From Pseudomonadota bacterium (GTDB lineage Bacteria > Pseudomonadota > Gammaproteobacteria > Burkholderiales > Burkholderiaceae_C), in NCBI GenBank assembly GCA_021808445.1, contig JAKBBP010000009.1:10277-74276 (forward strand): 64,000 nucleotides of DNA, read 5' to 3'. This document shows positions 57,540 to 64,000 of the stretch, piece after piece (position 1 is the stretch's first letter; each line of letters starts with the position of its first letter). The notes beneath the pieces are model-generated. The model made no database searches. It saw nothing but the letters and a program-made list of their open reading frames with translations, and was not told the origin of the DNA. Made by a program: the position numbers and the translations under genes.

Positions 57540-57932
57540 TAGAAGTCGACAGGCCGGCGCGCGCGAGGCCTCACGACAGAGTTCAGAAGCGCGTTGATTC
57601 TGCGGAACATTTTGCACGCGGCGCGTGGACTTCGCGACCGGCTGGGCGGCCGCATGCTGCGCAGTGGGCACGACGACTGGCTCGTCCTGCACCGCAATCG
57701 GGCGATAGCGGTGCCTACCGTTGTCAACGCTCCGCCCTCTCAGGCCCGGAGCGCTACTCGGCACGACCCATCCGGAACATGTTGCGGTTGCTGGAGAGCG
57801 GCACCTCGGCCAAAGCGGGCACTGGAATCAGCTAGTGACTGCGACCGCAATGCCACTGGCAGCGGTCGTCGACCTTGCCAGAATCCTTGCCAGCCTGGCC
57901 ATCCGCCCAGCCTGACTCGAGCCTAGCGGGAT

Positions 57933-59234
57933 CTACGGAACGCGAGGCGGTTCGGGCAGATCCACGCGCAGAACCAGACCGCTCCCGCTGTCGGGGCGAT
58001 CATGCAGGGAGATCTCCGCGCCGATTCGTCGCGCCGCCTCGCGTGCGATGGCCAGCCCCAGGCCCGTGCCCTGGCCCCCCCGCTCGTCGATGCGGTGGAA
58101 GGGCTTGAAGGCATCATCGCGCTGCTCCGGAGCAATCCCGGGGCCGCTGTCGACAACCTCGCAGCGTGCGCCTGCGCCAAGCGCTTCGATGCGCAGGGTC
58201 ACCTCGCCGCCGCCAGGCGTGTACTTCAGCGCGTTGTCGATCGCATTGCTCAGGATGGTGCGCAGCAACGCCGAGGAACTTTGCACCCTTACCGCGGCGG
58301 GCGCGTGCATGCCCAAGTCGATTCCCCGACCTTCGGCCACCGGGAAGTACGTCCCCAGCAACTCCCGCCCCAGCGCCACGAGGTCGATGCCATGCCTCGG
58401 CGCATCGGCGCTTTCGATGCGCGCGAGATCCAGCAGCTGCTCGCTCAGCCTGCTCGCGCGCTCGATGCCTTGCTCCAGCGGGAGCAGGCGCTGCCGAGCC
58501 TCCCCCAGGCTCCGCGCATGGCGCACGTTGCGCGCCTGCAGCGCGAGCGCCGTCAACGGCGAGCGCAGTTCGTGGGCGGCATCGGCGACGAAGCGCTGTT
58601 GTTGGTGCATCAGCTCGCGTGTGCGCTGCAGCAGCCCCTCGATGGCGTCGACGAACGGCTGGATCTCTGCCGGCATGGGGCCCAATTCCAGCGCGGGTCC
58701 TTCCAGGGCCGAGCGCGTCTCCAGGTGGCTGGCGGCGCGCGCGACCGGCTCGAACTCCCTGCGCACACCGCGGCCGATCAGCCAGATCAGCAGCGGCACA
58801 AGCAGCAGTGACGGCAGCAGCGCGCGAAGCGCACCGTTCCAGGCCAGTTCGTCCCTGGCGTCCGTGGCCTGGGCAACCACCGCGGTGTAGGGACCACGGG
58901 GTTGCACGAACACCCGCATACGGCCGGTGGGGCCGTCGACCGTGCTCAAGCCAGGGGGCGCCGCCGCGCTCAGCCACGAGGGTGTGGGATCGAGGGGCAG
59001 CATCGCCACGTGGATGCGCGAGTCGTGATCGTCGATGCCCGCACGCCACGGGGCCGCCAGTTCGTGACCAGGGTGCTGCAGCGCAAGCGCGGCCACCTGA
59101 CGCAGCATGTCGTCCTGCGACTCGCGCAGTTCGCGCCAGGCCAGCACGAACTGGGCCGCGGCCGCGAGCAGGCCCAGGCCCACGACGGCGATTCCGAGGT
59201 GCAGCAGAAGGCGTCGTTGGAAGGAGCTTTTCAT
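57933..59234 (-). CDS. Sensor histidine kinase (QseC/BasS-like)
   Basis: FVADAAHELRSP, NAIDNALKY, DSGPGI, GTGLGL; two TM. Confidence 0.93.
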   Translation of the reverse strand: MKSSFQRRLLLHLGIAVVGLGLLAAAAQFVLAWRELRESQDDMLRQVAALALQHPGHELAAPWRAGIDDHDSRIHVAMLPLDPTPSWLSAAAPPGLSTVDGPTGRMRVFVQPRGPYTAVVAQATDARDELAWNGALRALLPSLLLVPLLIWLIGRGVRREFEPVARAASHLETRSALEGPALELGPMPAEIQPFVDAIEGLLQRTRELMHQQQRFVADAAHELRSPLTALALQARNVRHARSLGEARQRLLPLEQGIERASRLSEQLLDLARIESADAPRHGIDLVALGRELLGTYFPVAEGRGIDLGMHAPAAVRVQSSSALLRTILSNAIDNALKYTPGGGEVTLRIEALGAGARCEVVDSGPGIAPEQRDDAFKPFHRIDERGGQGTGLGLAIAREAARRIGAEISLHDRPDSGSGLVLRVDLPEPPRVP

Positions 59235-59893
59235 CGCGCCTTGTCCACCATCCATCCCGCGCCGCGCACGTTCTTGATCATGTCGGCCCCGAGCTTCCTG
59301 CGCACGCCGTGGATCAGGAAGTCGACCGCGCTGCTCTCGACCTCCTCGTTCCAGCCGTACAGCCGGTCCTCGAGTTGGGCGCGGGTGAGAATGGTGCCCG
59401 GGCGCAGCAGCAGCGCATGCAGCAGCGCGAACTCGCGCGCGGTCAGCACTACGCGCACATCGCCGCGCCGTGCCTCGCGCGTCGCCGGATCGAGGCCCAC
59501 GTCGCCGTTGCCCAGCTCGGTGGCCGCCTGGCCGCCGTGGCGGCGCACTACGGCGCGCATGCGCGCCAGCAGTTCGTCCATGTCGAACGGTTTGACCACG
59601 TAGTCGTCGGCTCCGAGGTCGAGCCCGCGTACCCGGTCGGCGGCCGCGTCGCGGGCGGTGATCAGCAGCACCGGCACGCGGTCGCCCCGCTCGCGCAGGC
59701 GCTGCAGCACACTGAGGCCGTCGCGCCCGGGAAGCCCTATGTCGAGCAGCACGATCTGATGCTGGCCGTCGCGCAGCACGCGGTCGGCGGCTTCGCCGTC
59801 GCGCACGATGTCGACCGCGTAGGCGGCGTCGCGCAGCGCGACCTCAATCGCCGCCGCGATCATCGGGTCGTCCTCGATCAGCAGCGCGCGCAT
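59231..59893 (-). CDS. OmpR-family response regulator
   Basis: LLIEDD, LLDIGLP, GADDYVVKPF, NVRGAGW. Confidence 0.95.
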   Translation of the reverse strand: MRALLIEDDPMIAAAIEVALRDAAYAVDIVRDGEAADRVLRDGQHQIVLLDIGLPGRDGLSVLQRLRERGDRVPVLLITARDAAADRVRGLDLGADDYVVKPFDMDELLARMRAVVRRHGGQAATELGNGDVGLDPATREARRGDVRVVLTAREFALLHALLLRPGTILTRAQLEDRLYGWNEEVESSAVDFLIHGVRRKLGADMIKNVRGAGWMVDKAR

Positions 59894-59910
59894 CGTCCTT
59901 GCCTCGTGGC

Positions 59911-60672
59911 TCAGTGCGCGACGGCCGCGGCGCGCTGCGGCAGCAGGCGAAGCACGATCACCATGCCTCCGAGCAGAACGGCCGAGGCCGCGAACCGGCT
60001 GAGCTCGAGCCCTCCGGAGGCGATCGGCTTGTCGAGGAAATCCCCCAGTACGGCGCCCAACGGACGGGTCAGGATGAAGGCGGCCCAGAACAGCGCGGTG
60101 CGCGATGCGGCGGTGCGCCAGTACAGCAGCGCGACCACGGCCAGCGCCGAGCCGAACACCACGGCAGCACCCTGGTAGCCAAGCCCCGCCGTGTCGGCGC
60201 TCCAGTCGCCCAGGGCGGTACCCAGGGTCTGCGAAAACATGATGGTCACCCAGTAGAACACTTCGGCCTTGCCTGATTGCACACTGCCCACCGCGACACT
60301 GCCGGTGGAACGCTGCCAGAGCAGCAGCGAGGCGCCCAGCAGAGCCAGCAGCAGGCTCGTACCGCCAGCGTAGCCGATGCCCAGCGAGCGGTCGGCAAAA
60401 TCGGCCAGGGTGGTGCCCACCGTGGTCGTGGCGATGATGGTCGACCAGTACAAAACGGGGTGAAAGCGAATGGCGCGCATTTGCGCGAAAACCAGCGCGG
60501 CGAACAGAGCCGCGAAAATCCCCGTGGCGGCCAGGTAGCCCAGGTGCAGGGACATCGACACGGCGTCCCCGGCCGTCTCTCCGAGGGTCGTCGCGGCGAT
60601 CTTGAGCAGCCAGAAACCCAAAGTGGCTTCGGGGACCTTGGCAAGGACGGATTCAACGCTTGTGGTTGTCAT
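59911..60672 (-). CDS. COG4705-like membrane protein (internally repeated)
   Basis: KVPEATLGFW.LKI.ATTLGETAGD and repeat FYW.TI..SQTLGTALGD; ILTRPLGA..GD. Confidence 0.8.
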   Translation of the reverse strand: MTTTSVESVLAKVPEATLGFWLLKIAATTLGETAGDAVSMSLHLGYLAATGIFAALFAALVFAQMRAIRFHPVLYWSTIIATTTVGTTLADFADRSLGIGYAGGTSLLLALLGASLLLWQRSTGSVAVGSVQSGKAEVFYWVTIMFSQTLGTALGDWSADTAGLGYQGAAVVFGSALAVVALLYWRTAASRTALFWAAFILTRPLGAVLGDFLDKPIASGGLELSRFAASAVLLGGMVIVLRLLPQRAAAVAH

Positions 60673-60732
60673 GGGTCGGGAGGTGATCGAGGCGAGGGGC
60701 GGGCCCCGGCATCCGCCGGGGCCGCTTCGGGC

Positions 60733-61047
60733 TCAGTCCTTGTTCGCTCCCTCGACGCTGTCCTCGAGCACCTTGCCCGTCCTGGCGTCGACGCCGACTT
60801 CCCGTTCCCCCTGGGGAGTCTTCAGGTCGAAGGAATAGCGCAGTCCGCTACCGCCCTTTTCGCGTTCGAGTTCGCGATCGGTGATGGTCGCCCCGGGAAC
60901 GGCCTCGAGGGCGATCTGCGAAGCCTGCTCCATGGTGATGGCTGCGTCCTTCGCATACTTCTGGCCGTCGTAGGCATGCGCCGCGGTCGCGGCGATCAGG
61001 GCTGCGCCGGCGGCGCCGACGATGGCCAGGGTCTTGTGCAATTTCAT
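60733..61047 (-). CDS. Exported PepSY domain protein
   Basis: Signal peptide; ITMEQASQIAL..VPG...ELERE...YSFD...VDARTGKVL; AGGAG RBS. Confidence 0.9.
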   Translation of the reverse strand: MKLHKTLAIVGAAGAALIAATAAHAYDGQKYAKDAAITMEQASQIALEAVPGATITDRELEREKGGSGLRYSFDLKTPQGEREVGVDARTGKVLEDSVEGANKD

Positions 61048-61135
61048 GGAAACACTCCTGAGGATGATGGGCTCGACGGCCGGTTGGCCGTGGGCAGCGC
61101 CGATGCAGCGCATGAGCAGGAGTGTGCGCAGACAG

Positions 61136-61153
61136 ATTTAGCCCACATTTAGC
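61136..61153 (-). promoter_or_regulatory. 11-bp-period direct repeat upstream of PepSY operon
   Basis: Minus strand GCTAAAT-gtgg-GCTAAAT. Confidence 0.55.
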
Positions 61154-61517
61154 GCGAGGCGCGTCGTCGAGATGCGCCACGGTCAGGCGGTCTCGGTCAG
61201 GTCTGATTCGTAAGCGTATGTCAGCCTCAGGCGATTTGTCGGGGCATGGCGACACTGGAAAGCCGCGCAATTGCGAGGTTTGTCGCTTCAGCGAGCCACT
61301 TTTGTCCCGAATCAGCGACGCTTTCAGGCCCACGGCCCGGAATCGAGAGGACTCGAGGCTCCATCAAGGCCGGGATCCTGCTGATAACTCCTTGAAATCA
61401 AATGGGTATTTTCTTGTGGCACGCCGGTTGCGTTGTGCTCGGCAGGGTCCGACGCCCGGACCCTGCGGCCGCCATCGGCTGTGCCGTCTTGTAGAAACCT
61501 TCAAGAGGAGTTTTTCG

Positions 61518-61670
61518 ATGACTGCTTCCCGTACATTCGCCCGCCTGATCGTCGCCGCCGCCGCACTGTCCGCGCTGGCCAGCCCGCTGCTTGCCAACGC
61601 CGCGACCATGGCCCACCACCATGGCAAAACCGGCGCAGCCGCTCAGCAGTCGAAGGCCGCGAAGAAGTAA
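61518..61670 (+). CDS. 50-aa secreted His/Lys/Ala-rich peptide
   Basis: AAGAGGAG RBS; signal peptide ending ANA; mature ATMAHHHGKTGAAAQQSKAAKK; followed by terminator. Confidence 0.75.
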   Translation: MTASRTFARLIVAAAALSALASPLLANAATMAHHHGKTGAAAQQSKAAKK

Positions 61671-61689
61671 TCGCAGGCGAGCTCCAAGC

Positions 61690-61722
61690 AAGGCCGGTGG
61701 CGTTTGGCGCCCCGGCCTTTTT
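61690..61722 (+). terminator. Intrinsic terminator
   Basis: AAGGCCGG..GGCG/CGCC..CCGGCCTT then TTT. Confidence 0.8.
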
Positions 61723-61801
61723 CATGGCCGCGCGCCGCGCCTGCTATGTCGACGCTAAGAATGGGCGGGGATACTCGGCGAGTCCCATACCCTACTTGAC
61801 G

Positions 61802-62404
61802 ATGTACGCGATCCAGAATCTCAATCACACCTTGTTCCTGCTGCTCAATGCCGGCGCGGCCACGCCACGCTGGTGGATCGACCTGGCGGTCTTCGTCGCC
61901 AACGACCTCGTCTACGGCGTACCCGTGCTGCTGCTCGGACTGTGGCTTGCAGGTGGTACGTCGCGTCGCGGTGCCGCTCTCCTGGCCTTTGCGATCTCCA
62001 TGGTCGCGCTCGGGGCCAATCAGCTCATCGGACTCGCCTGGTACCAGCCTCGTCCCTTCGTGATCGGGCTGGGCCACACCTGGACGTCCCATGTGCCTGA
62101 CGCATCGTTTCCCAGCGACCACCTGACGCTTTTCACCTCCATCGGGCTGGGGCTGCTCCTCGGCGGGCTCAAACGCGTCGGCGCGGCGACCCTCGTCGTC
62201 GGACTGCTCGTCGGCTGGGCGAGGGTCTACGTCGGTTTGCACTTCCCGCTGGACATGGCAGGGTCGTTGATGGTCGCGACCCTGTGCAGCGCCGTCATCG
62301 TGCCGCTGTGGCAGAGCATCGGGGTGGCCTGCACGACTCGCCTCCAGAGCGTCTACAGGATGCTGTTGGCGCGCCCGATTGCCAGGGGCCTGCTGCGCGC
62401 CTGA
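61802..62404 (+). CDS. PAP2 undecaprenyl-diphosphatase (BcrC/YbjG-like)
   Basis: YQPRPF, SFPSDH, RVYVGLHFPLD. Confidence 0.9.
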   Translation: MYAIQNLNHTLFLLLNAGAATPRWWIDLAVFVANDLVYGVPVLLLGLWLAGGTSRRGAALLAFAISMVALGANQLIGLAWYQPRPFVIGLGHTWTSHVPDASFPSDHLTLFTSIGLGLLLGGLKRVGAATLVVGLLVGWARVYVGLHFPLDMAGSLMVATLCSAVIVPLWQSIGVACTTRLQSVYRMLLARPIARGLLRA

Positions 62405-62578
62405 CGAGAACCGATCAGTGCGCTTCGAATCCTCGCGAGCGCCACCCGGCCCGGGGGCAGGCGCAGCAGCCTCAGTCGAGGCTAAGTCGCTCCTGGTAGG
62501 GTCTCGCCGCTTTCATCCCCGCGCGGACCGTCCGTCTCCGTGGCCGTGCGTTGTTCGCCCGCTTGCTCAAGGCTTCGC

Positions 62579-63652
62579 ATGACATCCTCGATCTCCCGTC
62601 TTCTGTCTGGCCTCATCCTCCTGGCATGTGTCGCTGGCATGGTGCAGGCAGCGCCCATTTCCCAGCAAGTTCGTACGATCCACGTGCCCGGCCATTCCTT
62701 GCGGAGTTTCGATATCGGCTACGCACAGGACGGCGTGTACGCCTTCGCCGACCGTTCCAACCACGGTATAGACCTGATCGACACACGTACCTTGCGATTC
62801 CTGGGCCGTGTGCCTGGCTTCGCAGGGCCGAGGAGCGGGGGCGAAGGTGGTCCCAACGGCGTGCTCATCGCGCAGGGAAAGCAAGTCTGGGCAGGTGACG
62901 GTGCCAGCCGGGTTCGCGTGGCGGACATTGCTTCGCGCCGCATCGTCGCCACCATCTCGACCGGCGGCAAAAAGCGCGTGGACGAACTCGCATACGACCC
63001 GCGGGACCATCTGGTGATCGCCGCGAATAACGCGGATCATCCGCCCTTCCTCAGCTTCATCTCCACCCGAGCTCCCTACCGCGTTCGCGCTCGCCTGATG
63101 CTGCCTCAGGCCACCGACGGATTGGAGCAGCCGCTATGGGATGCGCGCAGCGGCATGGTGTACGTGGCCGTTCCGCAATGGAGCGACATTGCGGCCCAAG
63201 GAGGGGTTGCGGTGATCGACCCGCGCAGCGCACGCCTGGTGGGCATGCACGAGCTGAGTCGATGCATGCCCGCGGGACTGGCGCTCGGTCCTGGCGGCAA
63301 GCTGCTGGTCGGCTGCAGCGACGACGCGGTCGCTGCCGGCTTCGAGGCGAAGACCCTTCTGATCGACCCCGCCTCCGGCAAGCTCCTGCGGACCTACGAT
63401 CAAGTCGGCGGGTCCGACGAGGTCTGGTACGACCGGGCGCTTGGCGACTTCCTGCTCGCGGCCGTGGCCAACCCGGGTGGGCCGGTGCTGGGGGTGATCG
63501 ATGCGCGCGATGGGCGCTGGATCGCCAACCTTCCCAGCGGCCGTCATGCCCATTCCGTGGCAGCGGATCCGATCGACGGACGCGCCTTCGTTCCGGTGGC
63601 TGCGGGCGACAGCGCCTGCGCCGACGGTTGCGTGAAAGTGTTCGGGAAGTGA
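62579..63652 (+). CDS. Secreted beta-propeller protein (YncE-like)
   Basis: Signal peptide; SFDIG, GPNGV, RVDELAYD, GSDEVWYD, HAHSVAAD. Confidence 0.7.
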   Translation: MTSSISRLLSGLILLACVAGMVQAAPISQQVRTIHVPGHSLRSFDIGYAQDGVYAFADRSNHGIDLIDTRTLRFLGRVPGFAGPRSGGEGGPNGVLIAQGKQVWAGDGASRVRVADIASRRIVATISTGGKKRVDELAYDPRDHLVIAANNADHPPFLSFISTRAPYRVRARLMLPQATDGLEQPLWDARSGMVYVAVPQWSDIAAQGGVAVIDPRSARLVGMHELSRCMPAGLALGPGGKLLVGCSDDAVAAGFEAKTLLIDPASGKLLRTYDQVGGSDEVWYDRALGDFLLAAVANPGGPVLGVIDARDGRWIANLPSGRHAHSVAADPIDGRAFVPVAAGDSACADGCVKVFGK

Positions 63653-63683
63653 CGTCTCCCTACGCCTGCATCTTGGAATCATC

Positions 63684-64000
63684 GTGAAGCTGTTGCTCGT
63701 GGAAGACGACGAGATGATCGCCGAGGCGGTCAGCACGGCGCTCGGGGATGCGGGCTATGACGTGCAGGTCGCCCGAGACGGCGACAGCGCCAATAGCGCA
63801 CTGCGTGAGCACGCCTACCAGATGGTCCTGCTGGACATCACGCTGCCGCGGGTAGATGGACTGAGTCTGCTGCGCCTGCTGCGCCTTCGAGAAGACTGGG
63901 TCCCGGTGATCCTCATCACGGCACGTCACGAAGTCGTGCACCGGGCCGAGGGCCTGGATCTTGGAGCCGACGACTACGTCGTCAAGCCCTTCGACATCGT
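63684..64000 (+). CDS. Second OmpR-family response regulator, truncated by window end
   Basis: GTG-KLLLVEDDEMIAEAV...LLDITLP...GADDYVVKPFDI; not in ORF track. Confidence 0.9.
   Translation, partial: MKLLLVEDDEMIAEAVSTALGDAGYDVQVARDGDSANSALREHAYQMVLLDITLPRVDGLSLLRLLRLREDWVPVILITARHEVVHRAEGLDLGADDYVVKPFDI

Noticed and set aside
57491-57932. tRNA or integrase at the putative island edge
   Set aside because: No cloverleaf, T-arm motif or recombinase ORF could be found.

Overview
High-GC bacterial chromosomal segment; gene content and order suggest Betaproteobacteria/Burkholderiales, possibly Thiomonas-like (inference). About 62 CDS are supported; no rRNA, tRNA, CRISPR, integrase or transposase was seen. 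Core genes: yajC-secD-secF, rpe-gph, trpE, apaG-mltA, a fused indolepyruvate ferredoxin oxidoreductase, priA, hemE, aceB, gudX-gudD, lipB-lipA, kdsD-kdsC-lptC, ampG and pyrE. Most interesting: (1) an 11-gene uptake cluster (atypical response regulator, TonB-dependent receptor, exbB-exbD-tonB, ABC transporter, COG4280-like protein, 54-aa peptide) whose binding protein lacks FbpA iron ligands and whose regulator sits behind a Pho-box-like repeat; (2) a stand-alone Cyc2-like cytochrome-porin with a well-positioned FNR-type promoter; (3) a divergent MocR regulator / aminotransferase-like pair that have both lost the PLP Schiff-base lysine; (4) a Trp-Pro-Trp leader peptide upstream of trpE that is absent from the ORF track; (5) a DnaA-box/IHF-site cluster between priA and hemE; (6) a probable accessory block at 57.5-64 kb (two OmpR-type regulators, kinase, PepSY, COG4705, PAP2 phosphatase, Asr-like mini-peptide) with a recurring 11-bp-period candidate operator. 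Family calls come from motif recognition by eye, not database searches. Several starts were moved inward from the ORF track using RBS or stop/start overlaps.
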